Positions 8,526-17,100 of a stretch of 25,542 nucleotides of DNA are shown here, one piece after another. The stretch spans positions 1-25,542 of the IMG/VR virus record IMGVR_UViG_3300012953_000199. One strand, written 5' to 3'. Below the pieces are notes generated by a model. It did not search any database. It had not been told where the DNA came from and saw only the letters and a program-made list of their open reading frames with translations. Every line of letters starts with the position of its first letter. The stretch's first letter is position 1. Both the position numbers and the translations under genes were made by a program. This DNA comes from a virus (taxonomy: Duplodnaviria > Caudoviricetes).

Positions 8526-10699
8526 ACTACTATTGCTTCCTGCTTTTGTGAGGCTCCGATATCATACCTCTGCTCAAGGCTGATTGTCCAGAGCTTTCCT
8601 CCGCCAAACCCGACTGAGGATACGGGCCGTATGGCCGAGTTTGCCTTACTGGTTTCTTCCAGTATTAGCATACCCCGACGCACCGTTTCTAAATTGTTGG
8701 ACATACCAACGTTCTTACCGTCATTAAACGCGTGTAAACCAACTTGGAATTCCGTTAAGGTTCCGGTCCAAGTCATGTCACCGTTTGCGTCGAATGAGTT
8801 CTCGTCTGTTTCATCGACCCAAGTCCGGGCTTTCTTAGCAAAGAACTCAACGAGTTCAGCTACCGAGCTTCGGCTGGAATTATCGTAGGCCGCGCTGGCA
8901 ATAGACTTGTCGATGAAACTAATAACGCCGTAACGAGCGTAGCCCTTAACCTTATCCGGAACTTCCCAGTCCAGAATATACCGGGCAAAGTATGGAAGTT
9001 GTTCCGCTATGGTAGCTTCGAGTTCATCGTTAGGGGGAAACTCGCTGTTAGCATCATCCCTAACGCGCAGGGCTATAATCTTATCCCTGTTGGACGAATC
9101 AAGAGACGGTATAACCGACAGGCTATTCGCGTCCAAATTAACTGATAGCATCACGCGTCCGGTCCACGGGATCGTGACCGCGTCAGCATACTTGGCATTG
9201 TATTCAATTCGTGGGTTAGCTACGATCCGTTTAATAACCTCTGTGGCTTTTCTCTGGTCTTGGAAGCTGGCCGCGCTCACCGTGTCATCAATTACCCACG
9301 CCGCTTTACCCGCGAGGTCTTTGTTAAAGTTAGTTTGACCCGCGGCGTATTCACTCGCGTCAGCAAAACCGCCCATGAGAGCCGATATAATTCTGTTCGA
9401 TAACAGGCTTTTACCTCGGTTGGTTGGGCCCACAAATATCATGCACTGCCCTTGGTCACGTTTCTTGTAGAGGACGGCCTCGTATGACCGTTTAATCCAC
9501 GCTTTTAAAACGTCTGTGCCGTCTACAAACATTTGATCGATGAGGCCCAGTATTAACGGGCACTTAGCCGGGTCTCCGCTATCGGCTGGTTGGACAGGGT
9601 CCACGTTCGATGTGTTCAGGATGCGGTGCGAGTTATACTCAACCACGCGCTCGTCTGAGAACACGACAGGAGCAACCTCATCGATTCTGTTTTCGTTACT
9701 GACGGCCAGTATGGCGAGCTCTACTTCGCTACAGGGTTTTCCTTTCTTGGGTCTCGCAGAGAACCCGTCCCTACGTAGTTCCATTATTAGTTGATCCCGG
9801 GGGACCGTAACGGCCCTACCGTGGTTGAGCTTATAGAAGTTTTTACCGTTGAACCAATACTGGTCTAATAGTGACCCATATTTCTTTGTCTCGTATTCCT
9901 CCACGAACTTTGGCCCGAGTAGGTCGCTCCACGACAGAAACCCTCTGCCGTCTCTGTCGGAGTAGCAGACTATGCCCTCTTCCGTCACCTGACACCCTTC
10001 CCTTTCTACAAAAGGTTCGACCCAAAACAAAGGCCCCCGAGAACCTACATTAAATTCACCGTTCCACCTGTCCGGCCATCTTTCTTCAACCTCCTTCGCT
10101 ACCGCGTCAATAGGTATTGCGGTAGCCCCTGTTTTAGGCGGTGACTTAGACGCGGCTTTAAGTAATGCGGTGCGGTATACAGTAGGCTCTAGAGGATCGC
10201 CGATCTTTACCCAGTCTGTCCCGAGCTCAAAATATTTCGTAGGTTCCAATGTGGTCTTATCAAACCCAGCAAATATCCGCTCCACGCCCAGTAGAGAAGC
10301 CAACTCTTTCATAAACGGACCATACAGCTCTGGAGCTATAGGTAGCTTTTTCTGGAACTCATATACTGTTCTGATATAACCAGAGTTGGTTCGAGTTCGC
10401 CACGTAGGCATCGCCCCTTTGTAATTAGCTTCTATCTGTTTGTCGACGATATCCCAGTCGAGTGGCGCGTCGTAGTCGATTGCGAAACCCGTCATAGCAT
10501 TAACGGGGTTATCCTCGGATATACGCTCACCCGGAGAGTCTCCCTCAGCTAATGAATAGAATACGTGGTCCGTGTCTGACTTCTTACACCACTCCCTGAA
10601 CTTTGCCTTTGAGTCGAACTCAGGTTTACTAGGTTCTATTTTAGACGGGTCGTCTAGTTTGTGCGCTTTATGATCTCGTAGGTTTTTTAGGTATCTCAT
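8522..10699 (-). CDS. Primase(-polymerase)/SF3 helicase fusion (DUF5906-type), about 725 aa
   Basis: N-terminal AEP-like IDYD and TRTNSG; C-terminal Walker A GPTNRGKS, Walker B WVIDD, KYAD. Start placed at ATG 10699 (TAATG overlap with the pol stop). Confidence 0.8.
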   Translation of the reverse strand: MRYLKNLRDHKAHKLDDPSKIEPSKPEFDSKAKFREWCKKSDTDHVFYSLAEGDSPGERISEDNPVNAMTGFAIDYDAPLDWDIVDKQIEANYKGAMPTWRTRTNSGYIRTVYEFQKKLPIAPELYGPFMKELASLLGVERIFAGFDKTTLEPTKYFELGTDWVKIGDPLEPTVYRTALLKAASKSPPKTGATAIPIDAVAKEVEERWPDRWNGEFNVGSRGPLFWVEPFVEREGCQVTEEGIVCYSDRDGRGFLSWSDLLGPKFVEEYETKKYGSLLDQYWFNGKNFYKLNHGRAVTVPRDQLIMELRRDGFSARPKKGKPCSEVELAILAVSNENRIDEVAPVVFSDERVVEYNSHRILNTSNVDPVQPADSGDPAKCPLILGLIDQMFVDGTDVLKAWIKRSYEAVLYKKRDQGQCMIFVGPTNRGKSLLSNRIISALMGGFADASEYAAGQTNFNKDLAGKAAWVIDDTVSAASFQDQRKATEVIKRIVANPRIEYNAKYADAVTIPWTGRVMLSVNLDANSLSVIPSLDSSNRDKIIALRVRDDANSEFPPNDELEATIAEQLPYFARYILDWEVPDKVKGYARYGVISFIDKSIASAAYDNSSRSSVAELVEFFAKKARTWVDETDENSFDANGDMTWTGTLTEFQVGLHAFNDGKNVGMSNNLETVRRGMLILEETSKANSAIRPVSSVGFGGGKLWTISLEQRYDIGASQKQEAIVV

Positions 10700-12471
10700 T
10701 ATTTTTCGTATCTTGTTAAAACTTTGCCTTCTGCATCGAGCGGAATGTCTGGAATCCACTCGGGCGGTGTTTTGAAAATTTCTATTACCCGGTCCAGTTT
10801 TTCGTCCGCTTCATCCGCGTCCACTTCCACGAGGACCTCGTCATGCACATGGCACACGATCTGCATCCCTTCGTTATGCATACGGAGGAGAGCGTCAGAA
10901 AATATGTCGCGGGCTAAAGCCTGAGACGCATTCTCCGCAAGGAGCCCTCCGTAGACTTTGACCGGGCGTCGTGTGGAGTTTTTCACAATGTGTGCAAAGT
11001 GATCCCGTGCGGGCCTGTCCGGGTTGCCTTCCCGCGGATGGGACTGAATTACTCCGTAGTTCAAACGTCGTCCTGACGGTAGTCTCGTGATGTATTTTTT
11101 ATCCATCAGGTTGGACTTACCTAAATCACGAGATAGCCTGTTCCAGTATCCAACCACCCTATACATCTTTTCCCTGTATAAGTCGACCGCTTGTTCGGCT
11201 TCGGCCTCACTCATCCCGGATATTAGAGCAAACTTTTTTGGACCTACGCCGTAACCGCACCCTAAGACCATGGTCTTAACCCGGTGTCTTAGTTTAGGGT
11301 CCGCTTCCTTCAAAGGCTCATCGCCTTCATACATCCCGAAGAAGTTAGCGAACACCTCGTAAATATCGTCAGAGTTTCTAATGTCTTCGAGAATGTCTTT
11401 AGCTCCCGACAACCAGCACAGCGTCCTAACCTCGATTTGCGCTAAGTCGGCGACGACAAGACGTTTATCAGGGGGCGTAGCTATAAGGTGACGTAAATTA
11501 CACCCAAACATTTCGCCGCGTGGAAGGTTCTGTAAATTCAAAGACCCACCAGACCCGCTAAAGCGCCCGGTCATCGACGCCCCGAAATACATCAGGTTAC
11601 CATAAAATCTTCCGTTTGACATTGTGGCGTAATCGAAGCTCTCGAGTTTGCGTTTCAGCGCATTTACACGCCTATATTTTCGCACTCCCTCAATCCACAT
11701 AAACTTTTTGCCATTTACGCGAATCCAGTCGTTCGCAGTTTTATCTGACAGGGCCAAACTTTCAGGAGGCTCTAATCCTAACTTGCGGCACTCCGCATTA
11801 AATGCCTTCCTTGATAAAGGAGGAGCGTAGTCAATCCACGGTATACTGTTCTCCACCTCGAAGAGTTCTAGAGCTATATCCTCCTTTTGCTTTTTCAATA
11901 GTTCGGTATCGATAGGTAAACCCCTTTGCGAGCATATGCGATTGATACGGCTCACCCGCCTCTCGAACTCAGGCCATCTTTTATTTAAAGCGTCCCATAG
12001 TTTTAAACAATAGACCGAGTCAGACGTAGCGTATTCTAAAACCTCTTTCTGAAAGTCGGGGTCCATCTTGTCCCACTTCTTGCCCTTCATGTTATCACGA
12101 GTCTCCTTACTGAGGTCCACGCCTAACACTTCCTCTGACGCTTTCTTTAGGCTCCTTGGGTGGCCGCAGTAGACGGCCATATCAGCCGTGCAGTGCCATT
12201 CCTTAGCTTCGACTAAAGGCCACCACCCCCGGTCAGCTCCGAACAGGTAAAGGGTCTCGTCGAACCCAGCGTTGTGGGACAGGACCACTTGGTCTTCGAG
12301 AAGTGACCAGTCAAAATCACGGGGGTTACCTACGAACTCATACCCGTCATCCCCGACCACGCTCACAAGATAGGCGTCAAAGTCAGGATGATTAAAATAA
12401 CCGAGAGGACCCAGTGTCCTAATACTACACTGGTTGTCGTAATACGTTTCAAAGTCTACTGCGTAAGTCAT
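10699..12471 (-). CDS. polA: Family A DNA polymerase with 3'-5' exonuclease
   Basis: ExoI VDFETY, ExoII HNAGFD, ExoIII YATSD; TGRFS..NLQNLP; motif A DLAQIEVR, motif B RHRVKTMVLGCGYG, motif C HVHDE. Confidence 0.95.
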   Translation of the reverse strand: MTYAVDFETYYDNQCSIRTLGPLGYFNHPDFDAYLVSVVGDDGYEFVGNPRDFDWSLLEDQVVLSHNAGFDETLYLFGADRGWWPLVEAKEWHCTADMAVYCGHPRSLKKASEEVLGVDLSKETRDNMKGKKWDKMDPDFQKEVLEYATSDSVYCLKLWDALNKRWPEFERRVSRINRICSQRGLPIDTELLKKQKEDIALELFEVENSIPWIDYAPPLSRKAFNAECRKLGLEPPESLALSDKTANDWIRVNGKKFMWIEGVRKYRRVNALKRKLESFDYATMSNGRFYGNLMYFGASMTGRFSGSGGSLNLQNLPRGEMFGCNLRHLIATPPDKRLVVADLAQIEVRTLCWLSGAKDILEDIRNSDDIYEVFANFFGMYEGDEPLKEADPKLRHRVKTMVLGCGYGVGPKKFALISGMSEAEAEQAVDLYREKMYRVVGYWNRLSRDLGKSNLMDKKYITRLPSGRRLNYGVIQSHPREGNPDRPARDHFAHIVKNSTRRPVKVYGGLLAENASQALARDIFSDALLRMHNEGMQIVCHVHDEVLVEVDADEADEKLDRVIEIFKTPPEWIPDIPLDAEGKVLTRYEK

Positions 12472-12483
12472 ATATTAGTGCAT

Positions 12484-12523
12484 AAAAAGCCCCGGCGGCG
12501 TCTTGGGCAAGCACCGCCGGGGC
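12484..12523 (-). terminator. Intrinsic terminator/attenuator between the SSB operon and polA
   Basis: Perfect 10-bp stem GCCCCGGCGG/CCGCCGGGGC (12489-12523) followed on the - strand by TTTTTATG. Confidence 0.8.
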
Positions 12524-12559
12524 CGTTGCGGGAACGGGGAAGACAAACCCGATTCCTGA

Positions 12560-12760
12560 TTATTTGGATTTCTTGCCTGTGTTTAGCTCAAGCTGAACAG
12601 GCTGTCTATCGAGCTCGTTTTCAAAGGCGGTGCAGAGGGCGTCCAGCCGTTCACGGGCCGCTTGCATCTCTCCCATCTTCTCGTCGAGGTCGTCCTTAAT
12701 CTTGGTCACTTCTCCGAGCTCAGCCCGGATCAGCTCCGCGTATTCAGTGTCGTTAGGCAT
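12560..12760 (-). CDS. Small coiled-coil hypothetical protein, 66 aa
   Basis: Heptad-like acidic helix; starts 4 nt after the SSB-like stop. Confidence 0.65.
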   Translation of the reverse strand: MPNDTEYAELIRAELGEVTKIKDDLDEKMGEMQAARERLDALCTAFENELDRQPVQLELNTGKKSK

Positions 12761-12764
12761 ATGT

Positions 12765-13403
12765 TTATCCTGTTATACGTTCAATGAATTCACGGGCCTC
12801 AACAGGCGCGTCCTCTTTAGTAGCTGTCAGGGTTGGAATAAACCAGCTGTGACTACCTTTAGTGATAAGCTCAGAGCCAAACGTCCATACCTTCGCGCAA
12901 AGCGGCAGGTCGAAGTTAAACATCTGAAACGTGCACAGGCGCTTATAGGTGCAACGGTAACCGTCCTTGGCCACGTTAATTTTACCGAGCGCGTAGTTCG
13001 CGTTACCTACCGGGTATGGGTAGCTGTCGTCATCAGCTCCTTCGGGCTGAGGAAACAACAAGGTGATGTCCGCAAAAGGGAGCATTTCCCCCCATGTGCT
13101 ATCCTCCTCAATGGATTCCTTCTGACTTTCGTTAGAAGCGATCCGCGGCATCTCGTCCGATCCGAACGGGATATTTTCACGCCACCCCTTTGTAGCGTTA
13201 ACTACAATAGCTGGGCAGGTCTCGTCCTTCTCAAGCAGTGTCGATTTGCGGTCGATGACTACCCCTCCTACAGGGCCTTCGATTTGGCTCATCTTCTGAA
13301 CCAAGTTAAGCCGCGGAATTTCAATGTCCGCTGGCGTGATAAGAAGCTGGGGGCCTGATGGCCGTGCCAACTCTTCTTTTTTCTTTTGGGCTACCTTACT
13401 CAT
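12765..13403 (-). CDS. Putative single-stranded DNA-binding protein, 212 aa
   Basis: DIEIPRLNLVQKMS start motif and SWFIP near the C-terminus; occupies the SSB slot between the DUF2800 nuclease and PolA. Confidence 0.55.
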   Translation of the reverse strand: MSKVAQKKKEELARPSGPQLLITPADIEIPRLNLVQKMSQIEGPVGGVVIDRKSTLLEKDETCPAIVVNATKGWRENIPFGSDEMPRIASNESQKESIEEDSTWGEMLPFADITLLFPQPEGADDDSYPYPVGNANYALGKINVAKDGYRCTYKRLCTFQMFNFDLPLCAKVWTFGSELITKGSHSWFIPTLTATKEDAPVEAREFIERITG

Positions 13404-13408
13404 TTTTA

Positions 13409-13444
13409 ATGTGTTTATTTATTTATTTATTTATTTATGTGTTT
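13409..13444 (-). repeat. (TAAA)6 tandem tract bracketed by AAACACAT direct repeats in the SSB leader
   Basis: + strand TTTA x6 at 13414-13437; ATGTGTTT at 13409-13416 and 13437-13444. Confidence 0.85.
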
Positions 13445-14569
13445 TTACTTAGTCTCACTCAGCGTATAACGCGTCGCGGAGACGGCGACTATATCCGCGT
13501 CCTCTGTGGCCGCAAGGAAATCATTAGAGGCTTGGCCCTTCTCGCCCTCGGGGGCACGCTCCCCGGCCAGTGCCGCGAGCTTTGCAAGCGGTATATTTGC
13601 TAGGCTCAGGACGTCTTCTCGACTCAAATCAAAGTCTTCAGCGACTTCCATTAATTTTTTGTTATCCGTGCATTTTCGCGTGGAACCCATTGACCTAAGA
13701 CGCAGGGTCGAAAACTCAGTCCCGTCCTTGGCCATATCAATAGCCTTTGTTTTAATACGACTGGCCCAGTTAGATACGATCTTAGCCACGGCCCATAACT
13801 GCTCAACGACTTCAGGATCGTCGGGATCGGTAATGTCAATCGCTGGGAGCATAGACACGCGTGAAGCGACCTCGACAGCGACGCCTCCCAGCGCAGGGCA
13901 GTGGTCCTCGTGCTTACAGAAGCGGCAGTTCACTGTAGGCGAAAGGAGGTCCATGTCCGGATACTCGCCGTCTCCCCACATGGGCCTAACTTTCTCACCC
14001 CGCCTGATGACCTTAGATAACTCCGCGGTCAGGGTAGGGACGTCCTCCCGGGTAAAGTCATCGTGAAGGACCTGCTCCCTTACGGGCACGTAGAACACGA
14101 ACGTGAGATTCTCAATATCAGGATACTTCTGGAAAGCGCCCAGCACGTAAGCCTTTGCCTGCCAGTTATCTCTTGGGGAATCAATAACGGATATTCCTGT
14201 CTTGTAATCGGCCATCAGCGCATTGCTCCCGGCCAGTAATAACCTGTCACACGTCCCCCACGTTTCGGTCCCGTCCAACTCGACCGTAACTTGGATTTCG
14301 TTAAGCTCCTCGTAAGGATCGTCACCGAAAAAGTTTTCAGTAAAGGACTCTTCATCACTTACGATCTGCTCATAAATTGATAACTCTTCGTCGTCATGTA
14401 GGGCCGAAGGGTCTCTAACCTCAAGAGCCTCGTGGATACGCGTGCCTTTTTCAGCCGCGGCGCTGGTCCCTTCCCGCCCGTCATACCCGGCGCACCCGGA
14501 TACGTATTTGAGTGATGATGGGGAGAACTCTGCGTGGTCCCGGCTGGTGTGGTCTGGTGAATTACTCAT
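13445..14569 (-). CDS. Cas4-like PD-(D/E)XK exonuclease (DUF2800 family)
   Basis: HAEFSPSS...C; GTRIHEALE; GTCD; DYKTG; QAKAY; CRFCKHEDHC (1+3 Cys, Fe-S cluster type). Start moved to ATG 14569 because 14617 lies inside the RNA element. Confidence 0.85.
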   Translation of the reverse strand: MSNSPDHTSRDHAEFSPSSLKYVSGCAGYDGREGTSAAAEKGTRIHEALEVRDPSALHDDEELSIYEQIVSDEESFTENFFGDDPYEELNEIQVTVELDGTETWGTCDRLLLAGSNALMADYKTGISVIDSPRDNWQAKAYVLGAFQKYPDIENLTFVFYVPVREQVLHDDFTREDVPTLTAELSKVIRRGEKVRPMWGDGEYPDMDLLSPTVNCRFCKHEDHCPALGGVAVEVASRVSMLPAIDITDPDDPEVVEQLWAVAKIVSNWASRIKTKAIDMAKDGTEFSTLRLRSMGSTRKCTDNKKLMEVAEDFDLSREDVLSLANIPLAKLAALAGERAPEGEKGQASNDFLAATEDADIVAVSATRYTLSETK

Positions 14570-14603
14570 TTTAATAATGTGGTTATCTATTTTGATAATG
14601 TGG
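14568..14603 (-). repeat. 15-bp direct repeat pair CCACATTAT(C/T)AAAAT
   Basis: + strand ATTTTAATAATGTGG (14568-14582) and ATTTTGATAATGTGG (14589-14603); 14/15 identical, 21-nt period. Confidence 0.8.
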
Positions 14604-14678
14604 CCTCGGGTGTTCAATGCTGGGAGAATACAACAAAACCCATGTGCGGAGCTCTCTTCCGCCTCTAGTCCCGAGGCC
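14602..14678 (-). ncRNA. Putative structured RNA, copy A
   Basis: GGCCTCGGG-ACTAGAG-GCGGA(AGAGAGC)TCCGC-ACA-TGGG(14 nt)CCCA-GCA-TTGAACA-CCCGAGGCC; perfect 9-bp closing stem; homologous to 17221-17326. Confidence 0.65.
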
Positions 14679-14684
14679 TAATCG

Positions 14685-16025
14685 TTAGCCGTGCAAGGCC
14701 GTTAAATTGTTCAGTTTGTTTTTGATAGCGGTCATTACCGTTTCCTCGACAGAGTCAGCGGCAACAAGAATTTTTTGAAGAGCGTGGCTCTTAGCTCCGT
14801 TACGGTGAATACGACCAAGCGCCTGTAGGTGGTCCTTAGCGTTAAAGCTAGGGCTAATAAGCGATACGCGTGCGTGCTTGCCATTAACGTCGTGCAGGCT
14901 CAATCCTGTCCCGCCAGCCGCGATGTTCACGACAAGGACTCTCGTGTGGTCCGCTTGGAAATCGTCAATCGCCTGTTGCCTGTGTTCAGCGGACTGTCCC
15001 CCGACCACGCAGTCGCAGTCCAGTTGTTCGCACAGGGCCTCAGCCGTGTCCCGGAAGTTGACAAAGCAGACCACGGACTTCCCTTCGGAAACGAGGTCGG
15101 TCGTCATGTCGACCATGTCCCCTACCTTAAACGACTCGGCCAGTTGCCTCGCCTGTAGCAGGCGAACAAGAACGTGGTCACTTTCAGGCAGGGAATCTCC
15201 GTTCTCTACAAAGCTCTCGATAATGGCAGGCGTGATACCGAGCTCATCGTAGGCTTTGATAATCTTCGCTGAGTCCTTGAACGCGACAGGCTCCACAAAC
15301 ACACGGTTCTCTTTGAATGAGTCCGGGAAGTTGTCAATGACCAGTCTGCTCCCTTGCCCGTGACGCCCGTAGATTTTATCGTGAACGTCCGCTAGTCTTT
15401 TCCGGCTAAGCAGTCTCCACTGCCCCCACCTGTCCTGAGCGCATCCGTTGAGTTCCATCCACCCGTGCCAGTGGTTTGGACGTTTATTAAGATCATGTAG
15501 ACCGAGCATGAACCCTAGCGCACGCATCTCGGTAGGGTCCTCTGCCGCGGTCGCGGACATGGCGTGGATTAAATGGCCCCCTGCTTTTGCCTGTTCAACT
15601 AAACTGATCAGGAGCTGAGCGTTCTGTGTCCACGGCGACTTACACTTATGGACCTCGTCTATCAGTATCAGGGTAGGTTCTTCTAGGTTCCACGTCATAA
15701 TCTTCTTTCCTCGCTTGGACATGAAAGGCGTCTTGCCAGTGCGAATCTTCTCGTAGTTGAGCACGAACTCAGGCTCGACTCCCATCTCGATAAGCTCCCG
15801 GTCCCACATGGGTATGACCGCCTTAGGGCATATAACAGCTACCCTTTTAATGTCTCGCCTCAAGTCGTTCCGGTAAAACTTTTTAGAAAGCGACCGGGCG
15901 ATGAACGAAGCGACGACGGTCTTTCCCGTGCCCACTTCGCTAGTGTCTAGCGTATGCCTCCCCGCCCTTAGGTGATTAAGAAAGAATTCGGCGGCGTTAG
16001 CCTGCGCTGGGAATAGTGTCTTCAT
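14685..16025 (-). CDS. Superfamily II (SNF2-like) helicase
   Basis: LFPAQ Q-motif, EVGTGKT, LIDEVH, SAT, AGGTGLSL, QALGRIHR. Confidence 0.9.
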   Translation of the reverse strand: MKTLFPAQANAAEFFLNHLRAGRHTLDTSEVGTGKTVVASFIARSLSKKFYRNDLRRDIKRVAVICPKAVIPMWDRELIEMGVEPEFVLNYEKIRTGKTPFMSKRGKKIMTWNLEEPTLILIDEVHKCKSPWTQNAQLLISLVEQAKAGGHLIHAMSATAAEDPTEMRALGFMLGLHDLNKRPNHWHGWMELNGCAQDRWGQWRLLSRKRLADVHDKIYGRHGQGSRLVIDNFPDSFKENRVFVEPVAFKDSAKIIKAYDELGITPAIIESFVENGDSLPESDHVLVRLLQARQLAESFKVGDMVDMTTDLVSEGKSVVCFVNFRDTAEALCEQLDCDCVVGGQSAEHRQQAIDDFQADHTRVLVVNIAAGGTGLSLHDVNGKHARVSLISPSFNAKDHLQALGRIHRNGAKSHALQKILVAADSVEETVMTAIKNKLNNLTALHG

Positions 16026-16051
16026 AACTGCCTGCCTTACACGAAGATCAG

Positions 16052-16786
16052 TTAGCTGTCCAGAAAAAGTTTGAACGCTGGCGTTTTACGGTTGGCGTTC
16101 CGGAACTTGGCTTTTGTAGTCAAAAGCTCCATCCTCAAGGCCTCGCAAATCGCGTCCACTTCTTCCGAGGTGTAGGAGTAATTATTTTTATTCGAAAGGT
16201 TACCAAGAAGCTCCATCTGCTTTATGAGCTTATTAACGCGTTTCTCGGCCAGCCTTTTGAACCGTTCGTTCTTTGTCTCTTTCTTAGGCTCTGGGGGCTC
16301 TACTTGCTCCGCTTGCTCCGCTTGCTTGGCCTTAATGGCCGGGTTCACGAGGTCCCGCCTGAGGTAGTGGTATATCTTCTTAAAGCCCTTGCCGTGAGGT
16401 TTTCGATAGACTCCTTTGAAACGAGCCAACCGAGGCAGTATCCGGAACTGAACATGATGCGCTACCTCGTGAGCCGCGGTAATCATCAGGCGGTCGTAGA
16501 TGTCCGACACCTCACAAGCGCCTATGACCGGGTGGTCGTTGAACGAGGCATACTCTGTTTCGATCCCGGGCTTGGTGCTGTGTTGCCAGTATTGCAGGTT
16601 GACCTGAATGACGTGAGCGCCTCCGTAAGTAGCGCCGCGGAAGTTTTTGTCGACGACCCGGGTTACCTCGACCGCCTTGTCGACGTCGGCCTTGGTGATG
16701 CCCAGCTCGTATTCTTTTTTCTTCAAGAGGTTCATGCATTTACGCACTGTCTTCTTGATGAATATCTCGTATTGTTTTTTACTCAT
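16052..16786 (-). CDS. SprT-like zinc metalloprotease domain fused to a small helical phage domain
   Basis: AAHEVAHH ... KPHGKGFK (HExxH plus HG..F); QAEQAEQVEPPEP linker; C-terminal ERFKRLAEKRVNK...LGNLSNKNNYSYT.EEV domain. Confidence 0.65.
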   Translation of the reverse strand: MSKKQYEIFIKKTVRKCMNLLKKKEYELGITKADVDKAVEVTRVVDKNFRGATYGGAHVIQVNLQYWQHSTKPGIETEYASFNDHPVIGACEVSDIYDRLMITAAHEVAHHVQFRILPRLARFKGVYRKPHGKGFKKIYHYLRRDLVNPAIKAKQAEQAEQVEPPEPKKETKNERFKRLAEKRVNKLIKQMELLGNLSNKNNYSYTSEEVDAICEALRMELLTTKAKFRNANRKTPAFKLFLDS

Positions 16787-16818
16787 GGTTTGTCTTCTGG
16801 TTTAGTTTAACTTTAGGT

Positions 16819-17094
16819 TTACTTGATCCACTCAGGTGGCCGCTTGCCGAACCACCCTGTCTTATCGACCTGCCCCTTGGTCGGCTTGTTCTTCAGGACC
16901 CGATACCTTTTCAGGAACGTGTCCAGATCACCCGCGGAAACCCACGCGCTTGAGTATTGTTTACTGCGCGGCAGGAGAAAGCCTCCCGGCAGGAAGACCG
17001 AGACGTGGTATGCCTTGCGGCGTTTGATCAGCTTGAGCTTGCTGAAGAGCCCTGTTGATTTTGACTTGAGATATAGGGTGTGTTGTTTTGTCAT
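16819..17094 (-). CDS. Basic hypothetical early protein, 91 aa
   Basis: ATG 17094 (MTKQHTLYLKSK...) lies 6 nt after an extended -10; the track's 17199 start runs through promoter and AT-rich DNA. Confidence 0.65.
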   Translation of the reverse strand: MTKQHTLYLKSKSTGLFSKLKLIKRRKAYHVSVFLPGGFLLPRSKQYSSAWVSAGDLDTFLKRYRVLKNKPTKGQVDKTGWFGKRPPEWIK

Positions 17095-17100
17095 GTGCAC

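Noticed and set aside
12630-13358. Long antisense ORFs (this 242-aa ORF, also 8349-8888, 13506-14066, 16304-16810, 19465-19923 and others)
   Set aside because: They shadow well-supported genes on the opposite strand and have no recognisable motifs.
13445-14569. Cas4-like nuclease as part of a CRISPR-Cas system
   Set aside because: No repeat-spacer array or other cas genes are present; solo DUF2800 nucleases are standard next to SSB and PolA in phages.
16304-16325. 9-bp tandem repeat TTGCTCCGC
   Set aside because: It simply encodes the QAEQAEQ linker of the SprT-like fusion.
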